IMG/VR virus record: IMGVR_UViG_3300032285_004054 | Location: 124,001 to 188,000 of that record | DNA: 64,000 nt | Direction: 5' to 3' (one strand) | Part shown: in pieces, positions 29,643 through 39,469 of the stretch | Position numbering within the stretch: the stretch's first letter is position 1 | Layout: each line of letters starts with the position of its first letter | The notes under the pieces: generated by a model | Told to the model about the DNA's origin: nothing | Databases searched by the model: none | The model's input: the letters and a program-made list of their open reading frames with translations, nothing else | Program-made: the position numbers and the translations under genes

Positions 29643-30989
29643 TTATGTTAATTGCTCTTCTAGCTTTTGTAATGCATTTTGAGCTTCAGATACTGCTAAT
29701 TGAGGATTGTCTGTGCTAAAGAAATCAGGGTTAGTTTCAGTAAGAGTTAAGGTTTCATATTTAACCTTAAACGCACAATGACCGTAATTAGCGCCGAATC
29801 TGTTTTTAGTCATACCGAGCTTAATAACACCTAATTCTTTATCTTCATCTTCTTGCCAAAGCGAGCAAATAACATCACAGGTTGCAGCAAGACCAATACT
29901 CTCAGAAATGCCTTCCATACCTGGAGAAGATGTATTAAAAGCACCTCGATTAAGCTGCGATGCAGTAACAAACGGTATATTATATTTGAATGCTAGTGCA
30001 CGTAATTGCTCTGCAATCTCTTTTACAGTTTCGTACGAGTTTTGGTTCTTTGTAGTTGGTTTAAGCAAGTTGATATAATCAATTACAACTACATCGGGTT
30101 TAAAATTATGATGTTGTAGTTTTGTCATATAACCGTCAATTTGACGCACGGTTACAGTTTTAGGAGGAAACTCCTTAATAACAAGCTTACTATCTAGCTG
30201 TGCTTTAATATTACGTACCTGATCTTTAAGTTCATCAGTATACATTTTTAATTCGTTGTGCGGTATCTGAGTAATCTGAGCACTAACCCTCTTAGCATAC
30301 ATATGCTCAGACATTTCAAGAGATATAAGAAGTACGTTCTTGTTTCTAAGAACATAATTAGCTGCTATATTACCTAAGAAAATACTCTTACCAATATTAA
30401 CTTGACCTACTAAACAGTAGAGAGATTTAGGAAATAACCCACCTTCTATTTTCTCATCAAGAAACTTCCAACCTGTAGGAATAGGGTTATATATGGTGGT
30501 TAGCTCTTTAATATGTTCATCAATATCGTCAAAATACCAATGACCTAAATTCTCTGTTAAACTTATATTATAAGCTTTTTCAAATTGTTGTAAGATTTCT
30601 GCAGTGTCAGCTTTACCTTGTGCAAACTTATCTGCAGTATCAACAATAGTGTTATACAGACAACGCTCTTTTAAGAAATGCTCTGTATTAGCAAGCAATT
30701 CGTCTCGATTAAACTTATTATCGATACGCTTTAACTTATCTGCTACCTCGTTAAACGCTCTCTTCTCTTCATCAGAAGTTAAGCGAGTTTTAATTTCAGT
30801 GTGATTAGGTACTGCACCTCTTTCGGTAAAGAAAGAGGTTACTACCTTAAAAATAGTAGCGATATTTTTATCACTAAAATACGTAGGATCTACGTATTCT
30901 ATAATAGTAGAGAGATATTCCTGACTTACTAACGAATTATATAGAATGATATTTTCGTAATAGTCAAGGTCGAGTTTGCTATTAGACAT
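29643..30989 (-). CDS. gp41: Replicative DnaB-like helicase
   Basis: IPTGWKFLD, GQVNIGKS, ISLEMSE, VVIDYINLL, TASQLNR, TKNRFG. Confidence 0.96.
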   Translation of the reverse strand: MSNSKLDLDYYENIILYNSLVSQEYLSTIIEYVDPTYFSDKNIATIFKVVTSFFTERGAVPNHTEIKTRLTSDEEKRAFNEVADKLKRIDNKFNRDELLANTEHFLKERCLYNTIVDTADKFAQGKADTAEILQQFEKAYNISLTENLGHWYFDDIDEHIKELTTIYNPIPTGWKFLDEKIEGGLFPKSLYCLVGQVNIGKSIFLGNIAANYVLRNKNVLLISLEMSEHMYAKRVSAQITQIPHNELKMYTDELKDQVRNIKAQLDSKLVIKEFPPKTVTVRQIDGYMTKLQHHNFKPDVVVIDYINLLKPTTKNQNSYETVKEIAEQLRALAFKYNIPFVTASQLNRGAFNTSSPGMEGISESIGLAATCDVICSLWQEDEDKELGVIKLGMTKNRFGANYGHCAFKVKYETLTLTETNPDFFSTDNPQLAVSEAQNALQKLEEQLT

Positions 30990-32095
30990 TAGCTATCGAT
31001 ATTATCGACTTCCTCTTCGAGATCTACTGTAGAACTCGTACCGTAACAAAGTTTTTCTTGAAGAGCCTTTTCAATGTCTGGCATAATCTTTTCCCAGAAT
31101 TTAGCATCCTTTTCAAGATCTTTACGGTAACCAAGGCTTTCACCTTTATACAAAACAGTACGACCTGGCTTCTCAATAACTCCAAAAGCTTCTGCAATCT
31201 CAAAAAGACCAGCATGCTTATCAAGACCTGTCTTAAAGTTGAGATACAACTCAGTTTTAAGGTAAGAAGGCACAAAGCGGTTTTTTACTGTTAATGCACC
31301 TAGTGTAACACCTGAGATGTTGTGAGCAATAGCTACAGACTCTTCATTTGGATTATCACTCGCTTTTTCATTACGGGTGCTAAGTTGTACAAGCACAGAA
31401 GCAAGATAGATCGGGCCTTTACCACCGCTCTGTGTTTTAACAAGTGTCGGAAACATTTCCATGCCTTCATAGATATGGTTACTAAAGAGAATAGGTACTT
31501 TAGCTTTAGCAGCTTTATACGTAAGAATACGCATCATTGATTTAATAGCTTTTGCTCTTTGTCCTACATCTGCTGCATCCTTACCGGCTGCGGAATCTTT
31601 AATTTCTTTAGCACTAGCTAGATTACCTAGTGAATCAATAGCTACAATAAATTTTAAATCGGGGTTATTAGCCTTGATAACGTTATCAAGGAATGCGCAC
31701 ATTTGATTACGACAATCTTCAATTGTCTCAACAGGGTAATACTTAACTCGGGAAGTATCCATACCAGCGCCTTCAGCACTTTTCTTATCTACGGCAACCT
31801 CAGAGTCCCAAATAACAGGGATATAACCTTTCTTCTGAGCGTTAGCCATAATCTTATTCATAATAAGGGTTTTGCCAGCCATCGAGGGACCAGCAAAACC
31901 CGTAATACGTCCTCCAGGTATACCTTTATACATGGAGCCTGAAATAATAGCATTTAAGGCAAAAGACCCTGTATCGATCCAATCTTCTGCAGTTGATAGA
32001 GTTGCAGCATCGAGTACTGCAGCGTCTGGATTTAAATCATCAACAGATTTAAAAATATCTTTTAAATTCGAGAGGTCGTTTTTGTCTTTTGCCAT
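30989..32095 (-). CDS. uvsX: RecA-like recombinase
   Basis: IDTGSFALN, GPSMAGKT, WDSE, IDSLGNL, SGGKG, KNRF. Confidence 0.95.
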   Translation of the reverse strand: MAKDKNDLSNLKDIFKSVDDLNPDAAVLDAATLSTAEDWIDTGSFALNAIISGSMYKGIPGGRITGFAGPSMAGKTLIMNKIMANAQKKGYIPVIWDSEVAVDKKSAEGAGMDTSRVKYYPVETIEDCRNQMCAFLDNVIKANNPDLKFIVAIDSLGNLASAKEIKDSAAGKDAADVGQRAKAIKSMMRILTYKAAKAKVPILFSNHIYEGMEMFPTLVKTQSGGKGPIYLASVLVQLSTRNEKASDNPNEESVAIAHNISGVTLGALTVKNRFVPSYLKTELYLNFKTGLDKHAGLFEIAEAFGVIEKPGRTVLYKGESLGYRKDLEKDAKFWEKIMPDIEKALQEKLCYGTSSTVDLEEEVDNIDS

Positions 32096-32103
32096 AATGC
32101 GAT

Positions 32104-32131
32104 ATAATAGTATATCTTTAGATTAAGTCAA
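32104..32131 (-). promoter_or_regulatory. Sigma70-like promoter of uvsX
   Basis: TTGACT-16 nt-TATTAT-8 nt-ATG(32095). Confidence 0.68.
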
Positions 32132-32136
32132 TACTA

Positions 32137-32505
32137 TTAATCCTCGAATAGCTTTACTACCTGAGGTTCACCCTGAGCAGGCTGAGGTGCTGCAGGAAGA
32201 GCAGCAAAGATCTGCTTATACTGAGCATCAAGCTTAAAGTCAAAGGCAATATCCTCAGACTCCGTAATAAGATTACGCTGATACTTCCAGTATGTAGCTT
32301 CTGTCTTATCAGCCTGAAACTCTCTAAAGAAGAGAGGCAGAATCTGAAGAGCCAGCTGACCGGTTTGCTGATTAGGCATTACCTGTACTACTGCGGGATT
32401 CTTGACTGTAAGAACAGCATCGGTTGTTCTCTCATCAACGCGCTCTGCAATAACAGTGCGGCCAATTGTGTCAAGGAATGTGATTAGTTTTGTTGTTTCG
32501 CTCAT
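32137..32505 (-). CDS. Hypothetical protein, possible Sm-like beta fold
   Basis: ITFLDTIGRTVIAE...LTVKNPAVVQVMP...LALQILP beta-strand pattern. Confidence 0.55.
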   Translation of the reverse strand: MSETTKLITFLDTIGRTVIAERVDERTTDAVLTVKNPAVVQVMPNQQTGQLALQILPLFFREFQADKTEATYWKYQRNLITESEDIAFDFKLDAQYKQIFAALPAAPQPAQGEPQVVKLFED

Positions 32506-32540
32506 ATCGTTAATATATTATATTGGTTTGTTGTGTAATT

Positions 32541-33470
32541 CTACTGCCCCATTGCTTTATTTGTGTATTTGTTCACGTTGAACAAAGCTTCGGGTAGTAG
32601 ATCGGCTCTAGAAGCTCTTGCAGGATTAATATCCAGTGAACCTCTACGGGAGTAAAGAAGAGTAACACAGCAATCAGTTACTTCAGGATGCTTCATAATA
32701 GTTGTAAATAGTTTCTCAGCACAAAACTCATGAAATTCATTAACTTCACGGAGAGATACAATCTGCTTAAAAAGAGACTCCGGATCAACTGCCATGCCGT
32801 CTTTTGTCTTAATAAGAATATATGCTGCACCTGTATCCTTCTGTTTAGTATGACGGCAACGTGAACGAAGAGCATTAGTAAACCAGCGACTTGTTACGGG
32901 CTGATTGTCTTCTGGATGCAACTTATAAAACTTAAGATGATCTACCTGAGAGGAATAGTCAGTTATTTCAATAGAATCTGCTTTACCGTAGAGTTCCCAA
33001 TAAAGATCGAGATATTCATCTTCGAACGCATTATACGAATTTACATCTGAACCTGACGGAAAGAAGCAAACATGTACAGGTGTCTGTAGAGCAGCTTCAA
33101 GATCTTTCTTAACTTGCTCTTCGTAGTTAACGATAGCTTCCTTAATAGAACTACCCATCTTACACATATCAAAAGAATTGAGATAGAGTTTAGCAGACTT
33201 TGACTCTACCATAAACTTTGACTCAGCAGGGTATGTATACTTTAACGTACCTGCTACAGGGTAGCCGTTATCGAGGAGAAATGTTGCTTCGTGGCAATGC
33301 CATGTATCAAAACCGACAAATTCATTGCCGGTAATACCGTGATCAGCTCTCGCTAATTCTCTTGGCATTGGATTAAGCAATGATGGATCAAATTGCTCGG
33401 TATAAATTGCGTACGAAGCTGAAGATCCAAGTGTCTTCGACGCAATATCAGTTAGGTTTGTTGTACTCAT
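32541..33470 (-). CDS. queF: NADPH-dependent preQ0 reductase, two-domain type
   Basis: QueF motif ESKSAKLYLNSF; catalytic C-x6-D (SRCRHTKQKD); EFHEFC; YSRRGSLDINP. Confidence 0.92.
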   Translation of the reverse strand: MSTTNLTDIASKTLGSSASYAIYTEQFDPSLLNPMPRELARADHGITGNEFVGFDTWHCHEATFLLDNGYPVAGTLKYTYPAESKFMVESKSAKLYLNSFDMCKMGSSIKEAIVNYEEQVKKDLEAALQTPVHVCFFPSGSDVNSYNAFEDEYLDLYWELYGKADSIEITDYSSQVDHLKFYKLHPEDNQPVTSRWFTNALRSRCRHTKQKDTGAAYILIKTKDGMAVDPESLFKQIVSLREVNEFHEFCAEKLFTTIMKHPEVTDCCVTLLYSRRGSLDINPARASRADLLPEALFNVNKYTNKAMGQ

Positions 33471-34027
33471 AATTCGTAAGGGTTGTTATATTCGTATTTT
33501 TGTGTTTCCCAGCGTTCAATAGAATTAAGCACTTGCATAACTCTATTTTCAACTGAACCTGAAATTCTAATAACAGGAACTTTATACGATTGTATAATAG
33601 CTTGAAACGATTGCACTACACATTCAAAGAAATCTCTATTAACAGTTCGTTGACCGTCTTCTACTAACGGCAATTCCGGTTCAACATAAAAAATAATATC
33701 ATATCTATCAATCATTGCATAAAACAATTCTCTAATAGCACTCAGCACTTTTAAGTCTTTAACCAAAGACATTGAGTATGCATAACCATCTAAAGCACAA
33801 CGATCGTAAATAATATTACCGTCTTCATTAAGACGCTGAAGATGTTTAGTCATAATAGCTAATTGAGTTACCTCATCACCATCCTCATTTATATTATAAC
33901 CTGCCTCCTGCATACCTCTTGTTAAAGAAGTTTTAAAAGAAAAATCATCTAATAAACCGCTATCTTGTAACGCATTTACAAGAGTAGTTTTACCTTGACT
34001 ATGAGCTCCTGAAATAGCTACCTTCAT
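33467..34027 (-). CDS. P-loop nucleotide kinase (AAA_28/dNMP-kinase-like)
   Basis: MKVAISGAHSQGKTTL, IYDRCALD, IIFYVEP; coupled to queF. Confidence 0.8.
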   Translation of the reverse strand: MKVAISGAHSQGKTTLVNALQDSGLLDDFSFKTSLTRGMQEAGYNINEDGDEVTQLAIMTKHLQRLNEDGNIIYDRCALDGYAYSMSLVKDLKVLSAIRELFYAMIDRYDIIFYVEPELPLVEDGQRTVNRDFFECVVQSFQAIIQSYKVPVIRISGSVENRVMQVLNSIERWETQKYEYNNPYEL

Positions 34028-34563
34028 GCTGAATATAATAACCTCTTATTCAAAAATGTAAACCATAAATTTGTAGCATCCTTATGAAGTTTTTCTAAAA
34101 CTTCAAACTCAAGTACCCCTTCTATAAGAATTGTACTATACTCTTCTATTTTACCGCCATCAAGTTCGGCAGTACAGCGATGAATTGTATTACCTGACCA
34201 TTTCTGAAGTTCTTGTACAGCTCTTTTTTGAGGGTCCTTGCCTTTAAGATGAGGATGAAGCAAGAGATTAGCAGGATGTAGATTATATATTTCATACTCT
34301 TCACATATTTCACCCGGTATAATCCTCAACCATCCGTGTAACGTAACGAATGCGTTTTTAGGTATATGATGTTTATACTCTTCTATAGAAGGCGATTTAC
34401 TAATTTGAAAAATTCTAGCTCCAAACTCGTTAATAAGTTTTTGATTAACGCCGTTTAAATCCTGTCTATTGGTTATAATAAGATCAGGTGTACGGTTAAG
34501 TTTCTTTGAAAGATTGTAAATCTCACTACCTGTTTGACTAAAAAAAGTTACCCAAGGTCTCAT
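34024..34563 (-). CDS. dpdN: PurN-like formyltransferase (DpdN-like)
   Basis: FFSQTGS start, TLHGWLRII, YNLHP, GKDPQ, GNTIH...ELDGGKI formyltransferase motifs; inside the deazaguanine operon. Confidence 0.8.
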   Translation of the reverse strand: MRPWVTFFSQTGSEIYNLSKKLNRTPDLIITNRQDLNGVNQKLINEFGARIFQISKSPSIEEYKHHIPKNAFVTLHGWLRIIPGEICEEYEIYNLHPANLLLHPHLKGKDPQKRAVQELQKWSGNTIHRCTAELDGGKIEEYSTILIEGVLEFEVLEKLHKDATNLWFTFLNKRLLYSA

Positions 34564-35414
34564 GATACGAACGTACAGAGCTTTTTAAATACGTGTGTGT
34601 TGTACAAAACATCAGTAATTTGTTCAGATGTTAATGTAGAGCTAATAAAATCAACAAGCTTTACTGACCATTTTTCATCTAATCCTCTAAGAAGACCGTA
34701 ACGCTTACCTAAGATAGCTGCAACAATTGGGTTCGATGTGTCAATTGTTTCAATACATTTAAGATTTTGAAATCCAAACTCCCAGGGTACACTACATCCT
34801 AGTAGATGATGAGGTTTATCATGATTAATAATGCCGTCTCTATACAACCTTTCAATAAGACATATACGACCTAAAGCATAATTTGACCATTTATTAAATT
34901 TAAAATCTTTTAAAACGTCAGGTATCATATCTCCCCAGTCAAGTTCCTTTTGAACGCTCGCAAGATCAGGCCATTCGTTAAGATAAAAACTATAATCGAA
35001 TGAAATAGCGATCTTATCTGCTATACTCGACATAAAACGATAACATTTTACAATCTCCTCATATGTCTTACCTTGAACAACACCTATTGTCTTACCTGGT
35101 AGTACAGAATATTTCTCAGTAAATTTTGCGTAGCTTTCGATTGTTTCTTCAGTATTTTCAAGTACATCTGGTACAATGTATTCAGTTGGTTTAAGACGAG
35201 ATACCCAATAAGCGAATTCGTCAGAATCATATGCTGTACCTAACTCAAAAATTGAGTTGTCAAGAAGAACATGTCTGCCTTCTTTAACTGAATCTTCAAA
35301 GAACTTATAATATTCAGGATGCTCTTTAAATAGATGTACAAGCGCATAATCATAATCATTATAAGATTTTGATACATCTAGGAAAGATATAGGTGTCTCG
35401 TGGCTAATTAACAT
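34560..35414 (-). CDS. dpdA: TGT-like 7-deazaguanine transglycosylase (DpdA3-like)
   Basis: TIM-barrel TGT-type motifs LLDNSIFELG, IVPDVL, IGVVQG, HHLLGC, IDTSNP; adjacent to formyltransferase and queF. Confidence 0.75.
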   Translation of the reverse strand: MLISHETPISFLDVSKSYNDYDYALVHLFKEHPEYYKFFEDSVKEGRHVLLDNSIFELGTAYDSDEFAYWVSRLKPTEYIVPDVLENTEETIESYAKFTEKYSVLPGKTIGVVQGKTYEEIVKCYRFMSSIADKIAISFDYSFYLNEWPDLASVQKELDWGDMIPDVLKDFKFNKWSNYALGRICLIERLYRDGIINHDKPHHLLGCSVPWEFGFQNLKCIETIDTSNPIVAAILGKRYGLLRGLDEKWSVKLVDFISSTLTSEQITDVLYNTHVFKKLCTFVS

Positions 35415-35432
35415 AAATATTGATCAATAATA

Positions 35433-35672
35433 ATGTCTAACGAAGAAGATATCCAGTATATAATTGTAAAAAAATTAGTCTACGTGATAAAAGTAGGGCC
35501 TATTTATTTTTGGGATACAGCTGCTACAAATAAAGCTGAATGTCTTAGAAAAGGTTTACAGTTTTTTAAAGTAGAAAGTGAACATCTTTTAAAAATTAAA
35601 GGTGCTGAATTAATACGTTTATTTACAAAAGAAATTATAGCTCAAGATAATAAATCAAATAAGTCTGTTTGA
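35433..35672 (+). CDS. Hypothetical protein (79 aa)
   Basis: Fills the gap between dpdA and polymerase on the opposite strand; 31-nt overlap with the polymerase 3' end. Confidence 0.4.
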   Translation: MSNEEDIQYIIVKKLVYVIKVGPIYFWDTAATNKAECLRKGLQFFKVESEHLLKIKGAELIRLFTKEIIAQDNKSNKSV

Positions 35673-38185
35673 ACCTCTTTACCTATTTGTGGTAGTCTCC
35701 AACCGATAGCTTCATAAACACTTTCAATAGGTGGTACTACAATCTTACTAAACATCTTATCGTAATCAATTTTAATTGAATTAAATTCCTCTGGATATTC
35801 ACTTGTAAATGCTATTGCATCTAACCCATACTTATTTTTAGAAGCGTAGAAGTATTTTATCTTTTGTCCTGATTTAATAGTCTCGTATTTGGTTTCGAGC
35901 TCTAACTCATTTAAAAGTAAATTATACGCAATAGATGCTTTTACGTGACAAGGAGTTGCTTTGTTAAATTTTGATAGAGATGCACCTTGTGAATACTTTT
36001 CGTATTCTTTTACAGATTTTCTAAAAGCAGCTTCTGCAACACTGAGTGTCTTAAACGTATCGTAAGCTTCTCTAAAAACTTCATTTGTCTTCTTAACATC
36101 TCTAGACAGGAAGGCTGTATTTACGGTTTTCTTAATTACCTCTTTTACTTTTTGAGGTGTTGTTGAGCGTGCAAGCTCAACACCTACATATTTAAATTTA
36201 CTAACAGGTACCCCTTCATCATCAAGAATATGTAAGATATATCGTTTCTTTTGTAAGAAAGCTCCTACGTCAGCAATGGCTTCTCTCTTGAATACAAATC
36301 TCGGATCTGCTGAATTTAATTCTTCTCTAGCCCAGTCAAGAATTTTTGTACCTAAATGCTTATCAATTGCGTTGATAATTGTATGAGATTGCTCAGTAAC
36401 AATATTATTGTCAGCAAGTTTGATATTAAGTTTATCAAGAATTGGCTGAATTGTAATGTATAACGAGTCAGTATCACCACTTAAGATTAATGAATTATCT
36501 GTTTTAAAAGTTTCTTTTGCAAATTCGTTAATAATATGTCCACCTGCTTTAGCTACAGCTTGACCTGTAAGTGTAATAGAGGATGCATTATCAATATCCA
36601 TGAAAGCAGAATGCTTATTTGCAAACGTACCATAGATAGAATTTAGAAGAATTTTTAACGTATACTGTAGGGTATCGAAGTATTGTATAGAGGATGTTGT
36701 TTCTTTATCTTGCTTCTTTGTTTTCTTAAGCTCAAGCATTCTCTTACGAGCATAAACTCGCTCATCATAAATACTATTAATCAAATTAGGACAAACACCT
36801 TTAAACTTTTGAGAATATAGTACACCAGCTTTTGAAAGTGATACGTTTTCTGCTTTTAAGAATTGCTTGAGTTTATCAACAGTGATAGTAAATGTACCAC
36901 CGTTGACAAGTTTAATTTGAACTTCTTTATCTACTTCAACATCTCCTGTTACTATTTTACCTAATTTAGTTTCAGGTGAAATGTTTAAAGTAATAATAGT
37001 GTTAGGGTATAGGGAGTTAACGTCAAAACTTACAATAGCTTCTTTGAGACCTCGTTCGGGATCTCTTACATAACCTCCTTCAAGAGCCTCTCTTTCAATT
37101 TCGTTTTTAAATGTAGGTATAATGTATCCTTGTTTTTGGGCTTGTAAAGTCATTGCACCTGTAACAATAGATACTTTACCGAGTGCGCGTTCAAAGTTTG
37201 TACATCCTTTGTATGCTAGTAGACGAATGATCTTAAGATAGTTAAGCTTATCTTCCATTTTACGTAGAAGATCGACGTCCTGAATATTGTAATCAACGAA
37301 GTTTTCCCAATCTGTTTCAGCTAATGTTGAAAGGTTTGTAGCGTTAATTGCAAGCTTACCTTCACCTAACTCGTATTCGGCAATATAATTCAACGAAAAC
37401 GACTCTCTATCTCCTTTAGAGTAAGTCTTATAAATTTCCATGTAGTCTAAACAGCTAATACCTGTAATGTACCAGCGACCTACATCTTTACCGAACTTAG
37501 CAAAATTAGAACGGTAATTAAGTTCTCTTACTGGTGATAATTGTTTAATAAACTCTTCACCTAAGAGGTTTTTTGCTCTATTAATAATATACGGCACGTC
37601 AAACTGCTCGGTATTCCATCCTGTTAGAATATCTGGTGGATCCTTTTTCCAAAAATTAACAAACCGTTCAAATAGTTCTTCCTCGTTACTACACTTATAA
37701 TATGTAACGTTATCTAGTTTAGGTGTATAGTCGTTCTTTAACCCCCAAGTGTGTATTTTACCTGTAATTGTATCAAGAATAGTAATGAGGGTAACAGGGT
37801 CTTTTGCTCGTTCGGGTATAGGAAATTCATTCGGTGAATACGTTTCAATATCGATAAAATAAACCTTAAGAGGAAACTTACTGAATTCCTCTTTATGTAC
37901 ATCCTCTTTGAAGGTTTCGATAAGAAACTGCTGATCTACAGGTAAATTACCAAAGAGTCTTGGGTTACCTGTATCTTGAACGAACTTATTACGTTCAAAA
38001 GAATTTCTAAATGAATGTCTTTTTAAAGGGGTTTTAAAAATAGAAACACCATCCTGAGCGCCTTCTTTTTCTGTATATAAGAACGGTATAAACGGTACTT
38101 CAGTATCTATACGCTGACCGTCTTCTGTCCAAGTTCTAAGATATACTAAACCGTCTTTAGGGTTATAAGATGCGTTTCTATACAC
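35642..38185 (-). CDS. gp43: Family B DNA polymerase
   Basis: Exonuclease DIET, WNTEQFD, YNIQDV; polymerase FDVNSLYP, KILLNSIYG, GDTDS, KKRY; GTG start. Confidence 0.97.
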   Translation of the reverse strand: MYRNASYNPKDGLVYLRTWTEDGQRIDTEVPFIPFLYTEKEGAQDGVSIFKTPLKRHSFRNSFERNKFVQDTGNPRLFGNLPVDQQFLIETFKEDVHKEEFSKFPLKVYFIDIETYSPNEFPIPERAKDPVTLITILDTITGKIHTWGLKNDYTPKLDNVTYYKCSNEEELFERFVNFWKKDPPDILTGWNTEQFDVPYIINRAKNLLGEEFIKQLSPVRELNYRSNFAKFGKDVGRWYITGISCLDYMEIYKTYSKGDRESFSLNYIAEYELGEGKLAINATNLSTLAETDWENFVDYNIQDVDLLRKMEDKLNYLKIIRLLAYKGCTNFERALGKVSIVTGAMTLQAQKQGYIIPTFKNEIEREALEGGYVRDPERGLKEAIVSFDVNSLYPNTIITLNISPETKLGKIVTGDVEVDKEVQIKLVNGGTFTITVDKLKQFLKAENVSLSKAGVLYSQKFKGVCPNLINSIYDERVYARKRMLELKKTKKQDKETTSSIQYFDTLQYTLKILLNSIYGTFANKHSAFMDIDNASSITLTGQAVAKAGGHIINEFAKETFKTDNSLILSGDTDSLYITIQPILDKLNIKLADNNIVTEQSHTIINAIDKHLGTKILDWAREELNSADPRFVFKREAIADVGAFLQKKRYILHILDDEGVPVSKFKYVGVELARSTTPQKVKEVIKKTVNTAFLSRDVKKTNEVFREAYDTFKTLSVAEAAFRKSVKEYEKYSQGASLSKFNKATPCHVKASIAYNLLLNELELETKYETIKSGQKIKYFYASKNKYGLDAIAFTSEYPEEFNSIKIDYDKMFSKIVVPPIESVYEAIGWRLPQIGKEVQTDLFDLLS

Positions 38186-38191
38186 ACGCTA

Positions 38192-38219
38192 ATAATAGAC
38201 CGGTTTTAATTTGTTTCAA
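38192..38219 (-). promoter_or_regulatory. Sigma70-like promoter of the DNA polymerase
   Basis: TTGAAA-16 nt-TATTAT-6 nt-GTG(38185). Confidence 0.68.
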
Positions 38220-39469
38220 GATAATTTTGGATTTGTCTCAAGAAGATATGTTCTTTCATTAGAACCAAACGGCGTAAAATATGCTTCGTGATGTTTTCCG
38301 AGATTCTTTTCATCTTCAAGCCAGTAGTTATCAGTAAACGCACGTGACTTCTTACAAAGATCAGCATAACGAGTTTGATCTTTAAGAGCATATTTAATTT
38401 GATCAATAAACTCATCACCTGTCTTATACTTTAAGAGAGCATCCTTATATGTTACCATATCTGGACAAACACAAGGTAGACCCATTGCTCCTGCTTCTAA
38501 TAATTTAATATTAGATTTAGCACGATTAAAATTATTATCTTGTAGGGCAGCGAATGTTAGCTGTGTACCTGACTCTGCCATAGAAGCCGGGAAGTCTGGT
38601 AACTGTACCCACTCCTTGTAAATAATTTCACCTGAATCAACAAACGGTTTTAACGGTAGGGGGTAGCAACCGTAAAACTGCCATTGATAATCCTTACGGG
38701 TCTTCATTACAGCATTAACTACATGTGCAAAATCGTCTGCTTGATTAACACGGTTAACTACGTCTACGTGTGTACCTGAAGCAAAAATTGAAATAACGGG
38801 TTTCTTTTTATTCTTTTCGTATCCTTTGATAAGCTTATCGAGGTTGTAATAGCGATCAAACCACCATTTCAATAGATAGTTCGGTATTACAGTCGTAGCT
38901 TTATTACCTGTTTTCTCAATAAAATAATCTCTCATGAAATCACATGTAACAGTAACCTCATCACACATGTTCATAATATCGAGAATAGATCCTCGAATCT
39001 CATCGCTCGTAAATGCATCTTTATTACGGTTGTAATCTGGAATATCTTCTCTAAAGACAATATCGTCGATTTCGTAAATAAGCTTAAAGCCGTTTTGCTT
39101 GGAAAGCTCTTTAAGAACTTTAACAAACTCTTTTTGAATTGGTGTTGCCTGGCGTTGAATTTTAACTGCCTGAATGCCCTGATAAAATCTAGGATCCAGA
39201 ACCATCGTTGTTAATTCTAACACAACAGCTTTATTATAGAGATTAAGCATGGAGTTAGGAGCCATACAACGATAAAAACTACAGCCACCGTAATCAGCTA
39301 AATAATTTACAGCTCTTGGTAGATTTGCCCCAGGTATTTCAGGTGGAGGTAATTCAAAAGAACCTCTTGTAGGTACAGCACAAAATGTTGAAGGCATACC
39401 TAAAGGTAGGCCAACAGGTGCACCTATTGTTGTGTCTAAGCTAGTTCGTACGAGATTATAGTTGCTCAT
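38216..39469 (-). CDS. GT-B fold glycosyltransferase
   Basis: GGCSFYRC, IYEIDD, DEVTVTCDF, VIPNY, NNFNRAKSNIKLLEAGAMGLPCVC acceptor/donor motifs. Confidence 0.8.
   Translation of the reverse strand: MSNYNLVRTSLDTTIGAPVGLPLGMPSTFCAVPTRGSFELPPPEIPGANLPRAVNYLADYGGCSFYRCMAPNSMLNLYNKAVVLELTTMVLDPRFYQGIQAVKIQRQATPIQKEFVKVLKELSKQNGFKLIYEIDDIVFREDIPDYNRNKDAFTSDEIRGSILDIMNMCDEVTVTCDFMRDYFIEKTGNKATTVIPNYLLKWWFDRYYNLDKLIKGYEKNKKKPVISIFASGTHVDVVNRVNQADDFAHVVNAVMKTRKDYQWQFYGCYPLPLKPFVDSGEIIYKEWVQLPDFPASMAESGTQLTFAALQDNNFNRAKSNIKLLEAGAMGLPCVCPDMVTYKDALLKYKTGDEFIDQIKYALKDQTRYADLCKKSRAFTDNYWLEDEKNLGKHHEAYFTPFGSNERTYLLETNPKLS

Noticed and set aside
34024-34563. Formyltransferase as an ordinary purine-synthesis PurN
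   Set aside because: No other pur genes nearby and it is translationally coupled between the TGT-like gene and the kinase-queF pair; a PurN role cannot be fully excluded without phylogeny.
36460-36490. Polymerase motif C reads SGDTDS rather than YGDTDS, a possible adaptation to modified G
   Set aside because: T4/RB69 polymerases also lack this Tyr (AGDTDS), so it is not diagnostic.
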